Assembly (NCBI RefSeq): GCF_052425735.1
Contig: NC_135765.1
Span: 1,116,001-1,180,000 of the forward strand
Reading direction: 5' to 3'
Source of the DNA: Oculina patagonica
Lineage: Eukaryota
Length of the DNA: 64,000 nucleotides
Shown here: positions 1-11,784 of the stretch, piece by piece
How the letters are laid out: each line of letters opens with the position of its first letter
Position numbering within the stretch: position 1 is the first letter of the stretch
Position numbers and translations under genes: made by a program
Notes under the pieces: generated by a model
Databases searched by the model: none
What the model was told of the DNA's origin: nothing
What the model saw: only the letters and a program-made list of their open reading frames with translations

Positions 1-168
1 CCCGTTAAAGCGGACACGCTCGGGGCGTTGTTTAGTGTCCGTTATAGCGAGAGTCCGTAATAGCGGGAGTCATTTCCAGTCAAACCTCTTTCACGGGGAA
101 TCTAGATTTTGTCCGTAATAGCGAGTGTCCGCAATAGCGGGGTGTCCGCAAGGCGGGAGTTGACTGTA
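1..168. mobile_element. Right end of a Tc1/mariner(pogo)-type MITE, truncated by the window start
   Basis: Repeated gtgtccg(t/c)(a/t)atagcg subterminal motifs ending ...gggagttgactg|TA. CAGT terminus with a TA flank. Confidence 0.6.
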
Positions 169-400
169 GTTCCATTTGCTCGATTTGTAAATTTAATTAG
201 CCTGTGCCGTGCCCCTCCCCCCACATAGGCTAAAGGATCTTTATCTCGCAATTATTTAGCTTATGATATAGTATATGGGTTATGTGCGAGTGACCTAATT
301 TTATACGCATTGTCAATTTAATTAATCTGAATACCGTGCAAACACTATTTATTTCTACCAAAATTTCCTTTAAATCCATATAGCACGCCTCCCCACGAAT

Positions 401-650
401 GCGCGGTGGCTTAATGTTTAGTGCGCTAGACTCCGGATTGAGCGCTGGTCACAGTGTCTTTCTCTTTCCAGGTGTGTAAATGGACACCGGAAAATTTAAT
501 GCTGCGGGCAACCTTGCGATGGACTAGCATCCCATCCAGGGAGGAGTAGAAATGATTCTAGTCGCTTCTTGCTACGAAAACCTCGATGGATAACATGAAG
601 CTCCGGCCAGACGGGCCACAATGCCCGAACGCAGACTTCACCTTTTTTTC
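401..650 (+). mobile_element. tRNA-derived SINE copy (degenerate)
   Basis: A-box-like gcggtggcttaatg..agtgcgctagactcc head and tggactagcatcccatcc core. Same family as the reverse copy at about 32445-32735. Confidence 0.6.
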
Positions 651-2445
651 ACTTGCTATCTTGGATCAGTGCCGTTTATTACTTATTTTTTTAATACGCT
701 TTGACGAACTAACAAAACCACTTCAACTCAGTATGGTAAAGGTCACTAATGTCTGGCAAGGGTGACTTTCCATTGACTTTTCAACCTTCAAACAGGCGTC
801 AGTATTAGGACCGGTTTAAACGCCGCTCCACTCATGAGCTGAAAAAACGTATAACTTAGTTCGACAGTCCCAACTGTTTATTCACCGAGGGCTGTCGGTG
901 AAACGTTAAAACTGCAACTGGTTCATACGAGAAGCTTCCAATGTGCCGAACTGATTAATACATTCAGTTTAACACAAATCAAGTACGCCGTTGAATCAGC
1001 CGTCGCTCTGGGTAAATTTAAACTTAAGTATACTAGGTTTGTGCATGGAATCGGCGTTTGAAGTGGACCTAAGCTAAAGAAAGAAAAAGTTACCTTTTGT
1101 TAACTTTTCGTATCTTGTAGTTTCATGGTCCTCTTGACATTTCGGATTCTTGCTCAAACTCGATTTTTTTCACTCAAAAATAATTTCGTTCTCATTGTGT
1201 ATTCAATTTAACAGCGGGAATGCATTGCAAATCATATAACTTTTCCGGTAATAGGAGTGCCTACATCCTTTTCAGGGTAAATTTTCATAAAACCAATCGA
1301 GACATTTTATCAAATTACCGACACAGCTCAAACAACATTCACTTTTGTTTTGGCGGTGCTTAATATATTTGTTGAACCTTGTAAAGCCACACAAAAGAAA
1401 TCAGTGACATTTTGTTCAAATATTCACTTGTCTGAAAGGAAACTTGTTACAATTTTAACATCAACACAAAACAATTCTGTTTGCTTCTTCTCGAATTTAT
1501 TGACACAAATAAAAAATTTCAATTCCGGATTTATTCAATTGAAATTGAAATTTTGGGGGTCGGGGTAATATAAAACAAACACTGTCCTAAGTCACAAAAC
1601 AGATGCCCGTGGACATATAATTATTTAATTTTTCAGGGATTTCTTCAATGTTTTAAAACCCTTTAACATCATATTTACCTAAAAGTTCTGAAAAAAGAAT
1701 ACCATATATAGTAAATTTCTCTAAACATAACATATATGCTGCCTCGTCCCCAGGCGTCCTCCTACTTGGACGTGCACGGTTCGCTTGGCATTGTGGGACT
1801 GACGTGCACGTTTCGCTTGGCGGCGCTCCCTGTTTTCCCGCCTTTCAGCCCTAACCGTCCGGCCAATCGGCGCCTGAGGTCGAGCCAGACGAATATGAAA
1901 CTCAAACAGGTCCTACAGCCGCCCTGAGCATTCTCTTACAACGTAAAATACAAAACAAACAGTATAACAGGGGCTTATAATCGGAAAAGTTATATTTTTC
2001 ATTGAGAACTATAACGGAAAGAATTTATTATCTGTGATTTGGGGGATCATTTTCGGAATTTTACGGTATGTTGTCCACTATGCATTAAAAAAACTCAAAC
2101 TTGCTCCAACTTCATCGTCGACGCAAACTTTTGAGATCTGCATGACGCAGTAACTAAGATCATACGAATGGTTTGGCTTTGAATAACTGTAAACATAAGC
2201 TCCCTCAATCAAGACGCACTTTTTTGCTATTCTGTTCTAAGAATTGTCAGACATGTCAGCTAAGTTGTCTCTTCGAAAAGCTGACATTCCAGGCTGTTGC
2301 AATGATTCTTTTCTCAGAACCGCTTGCTGTTCAAAAACTTTGCCCAGTCGGTTTGAAAGGGATAACGGTACAGTGAACGTACGCATGCTCACACATGCCG
2401 ACAGGGATGTGGTAGTGAATCCCATAAGCAAGCACCAGTTTGTAG

Positions 2446-4990
2446 CTAGTATCCGTACACCTCAAGTCTCAATGCAATACATGAAGCCCAGCTTGATGGA
2501 GAGATATTTATCCATTCAGCATTTTGGAAAGGAGTGGACAACTTGTTTGTGACAACTGTATTTTTGTCGAAATTCGCCTGGTACAGCTGTATAAACAAGA
2601 AAATGAAAATTAGACTCTTGAAAAATACCTTTGGATTTCGCCCTAAAAATATTCGTCAATACCGGGACTGGTCACCTCGGAGATACGTTAATATCTTCAT
2701 AGTTGGAACGATTACAAGTACTGTACAGTATAGTAAACACTGACCAATACATAAGAAGCTTGTGTCTACTGAATAGGACAAATATAGGATTTCAACAGTC
2801 TGTTATTTACTAAAGAGGAAAGGGACTTTGGAAACTCAGTTATTCACTAAATTTTCGGTGATTTCTAAGCAATCATTAAAAAACGCGTCATTTCTCAGCT
2901 GACAGTAAAATTTCCGACAAATTCTCAGCTATCAGTTAAACCAATCCACACACTAGATACTTTTCCATCACAGGTTACTGTGTTACATTTTTGTCAGGAG
3001 TGCCCTAATATTTTTTTACGATCTTGCTCATAAACACAGCCCAAAAGGCCTCTACTCAGATCTTAATCCGGAGACTACCATGCTAAAGATAGGGCCACCG
3101 CGCCTCGCGATCTTTTTTACTTAAAAGTAACTTTTAAAGTAAAGTTAAATTTAAGTTAATTTAAGTAAGTTTCCAAAGTAATTATCGACGTCGTCATTAT
3201 AAGATACATTGCTAAATACAAAAAAGAGCATCCTAAACTCAGCTGTAAACTGAGCTAGGCTTAAAAATTGACCAACATCCATCAGTTTACAATCTTCATC
3301 TAAGATGCTGTTATCATGACAAAACAATGAGGGAGGGATTACACACAACGTCTTTTTACCTTTGGCTCAACTTTAATAGTATTTTGATAACCCCATTTAA
3401 TAAAGAAACTCTTCACCCAGCAGCCGTCCATTGGGGCACCTTGCGTGGCTATGGCAACAATGGTTACCTTGGTTACAAACGCCACCGTGATGTACTCTTT
3501 ATTTTGGTTTCGTGCAGGCATCCAACAGGAGATTCCATTGAGGCGACCCTTCCACGCATCGTACCCAGTCTTTGTCGAGGAAGCGTGTATATTTAGATTC
3601 GGTATTGCACCACTCGCCATTCCTAGGGCTTGAAGTGCTGATTTGAAAGAAAAAAGGATTGCTAGGTGAAAATAGCTTACATACAATAGTAATAACAATT
3701 TTATTGGGCTAAACACAAATACTGGCATCCCATTAGTTTACATTGTGGCCCGATAAGTTACTACATAAGAGATAAGCTAAACATCTACAACAATTACCGT
3801 ACAATATGTTGGCCTAATTCCGGACGCTTCCGTGTTTAGAGGTTCCGTATTCTTCGCAAATAATAAATAAAATAAAAGACAATGCCTTTTGATAGATTAT
3901 TTATTATTCTTCTATCACTAACTTTTTATTTACTTTCTTGCTTTGCTCAAATTCGTTAAATGTTCATTTTCGTGGAATTTGTGATGCGAATTATCTAGCT
4001 AGGAATCATGGAATCGAATAATTGATCGAGTGACAGTCCCATAGTCAATTTTTAGATTCATTTCAGTTGGTGCGCTATAATGTAATGTTTGACATGAAGG
4101 GTAGCTACATCCTTACTTTTAATTTTAATTTCTGTTAACCCAAACGGTATGATACTTCCTCCCACCCGCAGGGGATCGAGGGGGTTAAGTGTCTTACACC
4201 TCTAGCTTCCCCCAGTTTACCCTTTTTCCAGCAACCCTCCCAGCTACCCGCAGTTTTGCCTCATAATTTAAGGCCCCGTCCACACTGACTCGGGTAAATT
4301 TGAAAACGCATCTTTTTTATATCCGGATAGACCAACCGTCCACACTGAACCGGCGTTTTCGGTCACCGAAAACGGTACTTTTCAAAAACGCTCTCCAAAT
4401 GGGTTTCGGGTATTACCCGGGTTAATGTGGACGGAAAACATTTTACGCGGCGTTTTCAAATTTCTCCGTTTTTAAATTTACCCGGGTCAGTGTGGACGGC
4501 GCCTGAGACAAAAACTGGGTCAATAGACAAAGCGAAATTAAATTGCACTTTCTGTTCATGTAAAGTCCTTACTTTCACAGTGAAATCCAGTGAATCCATC
4601 AACACATTTGCACTCAGTCAAGCTAGGACTGCTGACACACGTGCCTCCGTTTTCACAGCGCATGCTCTCACAGGTATTATAACTGCGAACCACCATACCC
4701 ATGTAAAATGCTCCCTTCTGTTGCACCAAGTCACCGGAAAAATATTCCTTGGTTGCATTGTTCAGTTGGCACGTTTTGTGCAACGAAATGTAGTTGACAC
4801 TGAAGCATTGCGGCTCCAGTTCACATGAAAATGTGCAGCTTTCAAAAGTCTTGTGATTTAGAGTCCGCATCACGTGACCAATGAGGACATGATCTTTAAC
4901 TGAAAAACTGGTGCGGCAAGGGTTCGAGCCAGCGGAGATCTTAGAAAAAAGGCTGACGTATAGTAATATGAATTCCAAATAAGGTAACAT
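2446..4990 (-). CDS. Secreted PAN/Apple + EGF + F5/8 type C (discoidin) domain protein, 3 exons, about 278 aa
   Basis: Exon 4990-4573: signal-like MLPYLEFILLYVSLFS, PAN CTFSCELEPQCFSVNY...CQLN, EGF CENGGTC...CKCVDGFTGFHCE. Exon 3637-3360: ALGMASGAIP..IHASS...GRLN..VAIATQG. Exon 2586-2446: LYQANFDKNTVV...SWASCIALRLEVYGY*, not in the ORF track. GT-AG junctions are in phase and total 837 nt. The true start could be in an upstream exon. Confidence 0.85.
4272..4503. mobile_element. PIF/Harbinger-type MITE in intron
   Basis: TIRs ggccccgtccacactgac.cgggtaaattt / aaatttacccgggtcagtgtggacggcgcc, flanked by TAA/TGA. Confidence 0.8.
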
Positions 4991-6660
4991 CTCCAATGTG
5001 TTATTCAAGCAGCAAGAATGATCACGTGACCTGCAGTAAAAACGACGCATTGGACTAGACCATTACTGGGAGTACGACTTTAATAATTTTAATACCCTGC
5101 AGGTTTAATCTCTCATAATACCCCTGGGCTTTTAGATAATCGGCAGGGCTCAGTTGTTTTAAAAAGCATGATTGAGCTTATCTAGGCTTAACATGAATTA
5201 CACTTTTCAGTTGAGGTTTTCTGATGATGTTTTGCATCTTCAATTTTGATGTCGACCAATCTCAAAATTTACAAATTATACTGAATAAATTATAACTTCT
5301 ATTTGCTTCTAAATTAAACCTGAATGAACATTTAAACAAGCTTTTTGATAACCAGAAGCCAAAGTGTGTAGTTCCATCGTTTCTGAAAAATATATTTGTG
5401 CTGTCGCTCAGAATGGTCTCCGCTTATGGTCGTTTAGCAACGCCCTTGCTGATAAAACCTCGCTGACTCAATCTTGTTTTTTTTTTTTTTTTTTTTTTAA
5501 AAAAAGCTAAGGAAGGTTTTAGCAAGCTTGATTCGGTTATGGCAAGATATACATATTCTTCGCTTCTATATAAAGCTTAAAAAAACTGAAATTAGTGTAC
5601 CTCCACATAAATCGTGGCGTTTTGATTATGTAATTCACCTCGGACACATCAACCACGCTTAGATTTGTCGATAATATATGACTGCTGGGCAAGAAGATCG
5701 ACGGTTAACTTTGGGCTGAGAATGCCATATACAACAAAAAAGATAAACTGTTCCACTGGCAAGTTATTTGCTGTAATGCTGCTGAGAAAATTTCACTTAC
5801 TGACAATCTGAGTGATTTGAAATTGTAAATATCTTCCTTCACAATGTGGGTTGAGGTTTGCTTTGTGACATGGTAAATTAAACATTGTGATTAGTTTTCA
5901 TTTGCTCAGGAAACATAGTTTATATAAGGGAGAGATTTCGATAAAAAACATTAATTTTTAAATTTAGATTAAAAATTTGCACAAAAATATGAATTTTTTC
6001 GACGTTGTCGTCATCATTGGTGTGAAAAATAATTGTTAATTAACCGAAAACCGCTGCTGTGTTTTAATTTTTATTGTACAAATTTAAAACGACAGAATTT
6101 TAATATTTCTGAGATAAGTTATTTATCTAGGTGTTCGAACCAGTTGACGTGATCAAAATTCAATTGTAAATGCTGACTTGCTTACTCTATAAATCCGTTC
6201 TTTTAACATGTTCTTAATATCCTTAACATCAACAGTGACAATTGAAATTTCATGCAAATTTTCATATCCAGACTACTTTCCCTCAGAAATGCACGACACC
6301 GCTAGCTGATTCCTGCTCTTCTAATGTATCTATCTTTACGATTTTTATCCAACTAAAAACATTTTTATGCGTTCGTAATGTTCGCTTTGCATTAGAATAA
6401 TAATTATTCACAAGGATGAAAAATGATTAAAACTTCAAGAAATTATTAAAGCCGACCGCTCTCAAATCATCAGGGTACCCTGATGATGGCTTAAGTTAAG
6501 TCAAAAACGTTCGGTTGTTTTTCCTTTTAAAGTTTTAATCTTTTTTTAGCCTTATAAATGATTATTTTTAATAAACATTTCTAATTTTAAAATTGGTCTT
6601 ACGATTTGAGCACGGCGTCTGGATGACCTGCCTATCTGGCCAAATTTGAACTTAAATGTG

Positions 6661-6919
6661 CAGGGCCGTAACTAGCAAGAGGCAAGACGAGGCATTTGCC
6701 GCGTCTAGATTTTAACCCATAATTAAACACAAAATATGCTTAGTTGGGAAAATAATCCCAAGTTGGACAAGACTGATATTTCTCAAGAAATACCTTATGA
6801 ATAATGTTAAAGAAAAAGTTTCAGAGCTTCTAGATTTCAAAATTTTCTGAAGGGCATGCCCCCAGAGCCCCCTCGCAAGATCTTGTCTCGACTATGACAA
6901 ATGTCTGGTTACGGCCCTG
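6661..6919. mobile_element. hAT5-like MITE (5-bp TSD)
   Basis: TIR cagggccgtaac / gttacggccctg, with direct repeat atgtg on both sides. Confidence 0.75.
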
Positions 6920-7520
6920 ATGTGAACTCGGCCTTATAGCAAAATGAACAGATAGTTACCTTAAACAGACTTCATATATCTCGTGATGGTGAATCTTGAA
7001 CGCCAATTCAGTAGCGAAACATTCTGGCTTTAACTCTTCGTTTCAGCCTTAAGACAATTTTGTCATAGGCTAACTGATAATTTAGTTATTGTTCCCAACC
7101 TGATTCCAGCCAGACTGATTCGTGTAGATGAATTGCACATCATTCCGGTAAAAGGAACTTAAACATCCTTTCCAGAGTAAATTTACGTAAAGGCAAGTTA
7201 GACAAGTTGTCAAAATTGCAGTCATAATTCAAACATTGTTAACCTTAAGGCTGATATCTTGTTAAACCTAGCAGCACTTAGCAGCACTTTGTTCAACTAT
7301 TCACTCGTTTGAGAGAAATCTTATCACGTTTTCACATTTACCAAAAGACCTGTATCACTTAATTTAAATCGAAAAATTTGGTTTTCAATAACTTTTAAGC
7401 ATATCTTTTATCATTTAAAGCCTTGTAAATAGTCATTTTTATCTAAAGCGAACATTATGCACGAGAAAAAATTACTTTTTTCATCAGTGTTCAGTAACAC
7501 AAATGAACAGTTCCAAATGG

Positions 7521-8895
7521 TTATCTTCATATTGCAGCTCCTGGATGCTAAGCATAAACCCTAAGAAAACAAAAATAATGATTTTTCAACGACGTGAAAA
7601 ACGATCTGATTATGCTTTTCATGTGGGCAGTGAAAAAATAGACATTGTTCAAGACTATACCTATTTAGGGACTCGCATCTCTTCTTCAGGAAATTTTACA
7701 CTCTCACTTGAACATCTACGACAAAAAGCTCTTCATGCTTTCTTTAGTCTAAGACGGCACACAGATTTCAATAAACTTAAACCTTCAATAGCATGCAAAA
7801 TATTCGACTCAAAAATCTTACCAATATTAACCTACAACAGTGAAGTTTGGGGTGCCTTTGTAAAATCAGACTTTAAACCGTGGGACCTTTCCCCGATTGA
7901 GAAAACTCACTTACAGTTTTGTAAACGATACTTAGAAGTACATAACAAGACATCCAATATTGCATGCAGAGCCGAACTTGGTAAATTCCCTCTGATCATT
8001 GATATAAATAAGAAGATACTAAGTTATCTAAGTTACTTACACCAAAAGGATGAAAACTCTATAGTCAGACAAGCCTTAAAAATATCGATTGATCTTTATG
8101 ATAACGGAAAAAATAGTTTTTACTCTAGAGTCATGAAAATAAACGAATACTATAATTTTAATGACTTTAACTATAGTTCATTAAATAATAGTAAAATTAA
8201 ACAGTATATCAATATCATGAAACAGAAGTATATTTCACATTGGAATCAGACCTTACAAAACTCGCAAAAACTTAATTTTTATAGCACTATTAAAACAAAT
8301 TATAGCCCTTCTACCTACTTAGATTTAGCAAGAAAGAACCCTTTAAGGAAAACATTAGTAAAACTGAGAATAAGCTGTCACAAACTTAGGCTCGAAACAG
8401 GTAGATACGACAATACACCTCGCAATGAAAGAATATGCAACTTCTGCAATTGTAACAAAATTGAAGATGAAACTCACTTTTTGTTAGATTGCCCAGCTTA
8501 TACTCAGATACGAGACATATTCTTCTCTAAAATAGAATCCAAACTTCCATTACTACGATTACTACCACGCGAAACCCTATTATCACATCTTATGAATTCC
8601 ACTGACTACTTTGTAAACATTAAGCTGATCTCATTTATCTCAGCATGCTTTGAATTGAGAGACAATCTCGTTACAATGATCACCACTTCGAATAGTTAAA
8701 TGAACAATTATTGTTAGTAATTCTTTCTTAGATTATTGTTATTATTATTATTATTTTTTTCTTTGTTATGTTATGTTATTTCCATCTTAACTAATTATCC
8801 TAGTTAATGAAATTATATGTAATTAAATTCAAGTAGCTTTCGCAATACTACCAAATTTCTACGTAGTCATGCAAATAAAGCTTGTTGTTGTTGTT
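7521..8895 (+). mobile_element. 5'-truncated non-LTR retrotransposon (ORF2 C-terminus; RTE-X-like, clade tentative)
   Basis: ORF 7503-8699 has RT C-terminal motifs LSINPKKTKIMIF, YTYLG, PILTYNSEVWG and the CCHC-type motif CNFCNCNKIEDETHFLLDC. It is followed by a 3'UTR, AATAAA and a (TTG)n tail. Candidate TSD aaatgg at 7515-7520 and 8896-8901. Confidence 0.9.
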
Positions 8896-9194
8896 AAATG
8901 GGGCTGGCATTAATCTATTAATTGAAATTGATCAAGTTATGGTTTTATGAGAATTTTTAACTTTTCAAACATTCTTTCATTAGTCTTGATCAAGGTTTTC
9001 TGACTCAGTGAAAAACTAAAGAAATCCAAGATGGCGGCTGTTGGGAAATCATGACGTAATTAACGCGACATATGACATCATATTTTCATGTTGTAGACGT
9101 CTTAGTTATGCTGCTGTAGTTTTAATACCCTTGTAGTTACGAACAAATTCAACCAGTCAAAACTCGAAAATAAAATTTACAGCCGGCGCCAAGT

Positions 9195-9573
9195 GAGTGT
9201 TCAATTTGATCACGCAAATTTTGGTCAATTTCAGATCTTCGCTTCAATCTTGAGATTTTTCCGCGATGATCTTCGCGTCTTCGATTTCTTTGGAAATACC
9301 CATAGAGAGGCTCCTTCATGCTGCAGTTGAGTTTATAAGTGAATTGACAACAATTGCATAGAGTATATCATTATATACCCATACCGTTTCACTGACTTGC
9401 ACACATCAAAAGAAATCTTATTTAAGCCTTGCCACAAATTTACATTTGAGCCTCTCTATTGGTATTTCCGAAGAAATCGAAGACGCGAAGATCACCGCGG
9501 AAAAAACGAAGATCTCAAGATTGAAGCGAAGATCTGAAATTGGCCAAAATTCACGTGATCAAATTGAACACTC
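9195..9573. mobile_element. Foldback MITE with about 120-bp inverted arms
   Basis: gagtgttcaatttgatcacg...atagagaggctc is mirrored by gagcctctctatt...cgtgatcaaattgaacactc. No TSD identified. Confidence 0.75.
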
Positions 9574-10187
9574 GATCAGATATCAGTAATTTCTGAATTT
9601 TGGCATTTGACCACTTTTCACGCAAAAAAAAAAAACAAACAAAGATAAAACGAAGATTTGCAAAAAAATTGCGAAGAAAACGAAGACCGTGGGTACCCAT
9701 ATATAAAGAGGCTCACTTTTCTGTTAAGACTCGCAAAGGGCATAAATTGCTAGAGAGGAAAGGGGGTCACAACTTATAGTGCTTTTATCACATCAATATG
9801 GCCAGTGGTAATGTGGTTGGGGTTTTTTGAATATCGTGTTTTTTTTTAAAAAAAGTCTGCTTTATAGGGTGAATAAGCTATCGACTGAGCTGAGGAGCGC
9901 TACGCTGCGCGCAGTCCCTACCGCCAAGACCTCGGGTAGCTATTTTCTCAGTATGGCCCTCCCGCTAGGTTAATAAAATGTGTATATCACTGACGTGGTT
10001 TAATTTTGTACGTTTTTCCTGATTCGAACAAATAACTTATTTGCTTAAATACCTGGAAGTCGCCTGCACTGTTCGGACCTGTCCTAACTCAGCCTCGAAG
10101 CAAAATATTTGTATAAATAAATTTTATGTCGAGTTTCAAGTTGCATCAAAGCTGGTGAAAGAGAATACACCTTGAAACTGCATTTAA

Positions 10188-10973
10188 AGTGCCTATGAAA
10201 TGAAAATGAAGTTGAACTCATATGAAAGGCCTTTCAAAATGAAGAAAGATGGTGTTTTCCTTTTCCTGATATCTTTTCTCGTTCCAGAGATATTAACGAT
10301 TTTGTATTATGCAAATTAGATAACTGATGACGTCATAAGTTTGACAGTAATTGGTGTAAAAACACAAAATCAGTAATATCTCTGTAAATACTAAAGCAAA
10401 GTAATTGAAACTTGGCACCAGTATTGTACCTTAAGAAAGACACCATATGGTACATATGTTTATGTTGCTATGGCAACACTTTTGGTTCCAGTCGTTTTAT
10501 TCTTTGAATCAAATATCATGATTTATGGCTTTACAGGGAGAAGTAAATGGTGTCATTCCAAACATACGTAATGTGCTCATTGCGCTAGATACCCAAATGA
10601 CCCTAAAGATGAGAGATGAGGTTTGGAATGGATCAAAACCCGGGATTGCCATATCCGCATGAAAGAGACCTGGAACCGAGAGTGTTGCCATAGCAACACC
10701 AAAATATGCAACATGTGGTGTATTTCTTAGGGTACAATACTGGTGCCAAGTTTCAATTACTTTGCTTTAGTATTTATAGAGATATTACTGATTTTGTGTT
10801 TTTACACCAATTACTGTCAAACTTATGACGTCATCAGTTATCTAATTTGCATAATACAAAATCGTTAATATCTCTGGAACGAGAAAAGATATCAGGAAAA
10901 GGAAAACACCATCTTTCTTCATTTTGAAAGGCCTTTCATATGAGTTCAACTTGATTTTCATTTCATAGGCACT
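10188..10973. mobile_element. Kolobok-type non-autonomous DNA transposon with long TIRs
   Basis: Near-perfect inverted repeats of about 250 bp (agtgcctatgaaatg... / ...catttcataggcact), with TTAA at 10184-10187 and 10974-10977. Confidence 0.85.
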
Positions 10974-11784
10974 TTAAGTATTGCTTCGATTTTTCAATCC
11001 AAGAATTTAGATATCCTACTAACATATAACATGAAAAGAAGGAAGTGATATATCAAATTAACTCAAATTTAATTAACTTTAGATATCACGCCCTGACATT
11101 TAAAGACTCATTATCACCTACCGGGCAGTTCAAATAATTTCCCGTATAGCTCACGTTTAAAGATAAACCTTCCTATTATAGACTCGATATAGACGTTTAT
11201 GACACGTTTATGGCCAGACAATTGATCTTACGAAATCTTCACAAGATAAATGTAGATCAATTTTATTTAGTAGCGCGCGTTATTAGCTGTTTCTTCTGTA
11301 AAAGGCTTCATTTGATATCTTTTGCCTTTATTGTGTGACAAGATCAAGTTTAAATCTTCTGTGACTGACATTCGATCAAGAAAGGGCTTGAGAAAACTAA
11401 GGTCATGTAAAGGGCTGGTGGCTAAATACGGGACGATGTCTCTAAACTCACGACATGAGATGAAACATTGTTCGCTGAAACGGATGTGGTCCGAGCGTCA
11501 TCGTCGCTTTTAATTTGACTTTCTTTCCTGTGTAACCTTTAATGTAAACTTTATAAATGTCGGAATATGTAAACAGCTATTGTTCACGGTGAGATATTAC
11601 GGTAAGCTGAATAAGAAGATTTCGCCACACAGTGGAGAGAGTGGATATTGACAAACTTCAGTTATCGAACATCTTTGGCAGTTTAGTGTTCTTCAGCCTA
11701 CCGCTGAGTTCAGAACAGTCTGGAGAATTGTTGTGTCGCTTTTTATTTCGCCAATTTTTGTTTAAAGTTCTTACAAAGGCATAA

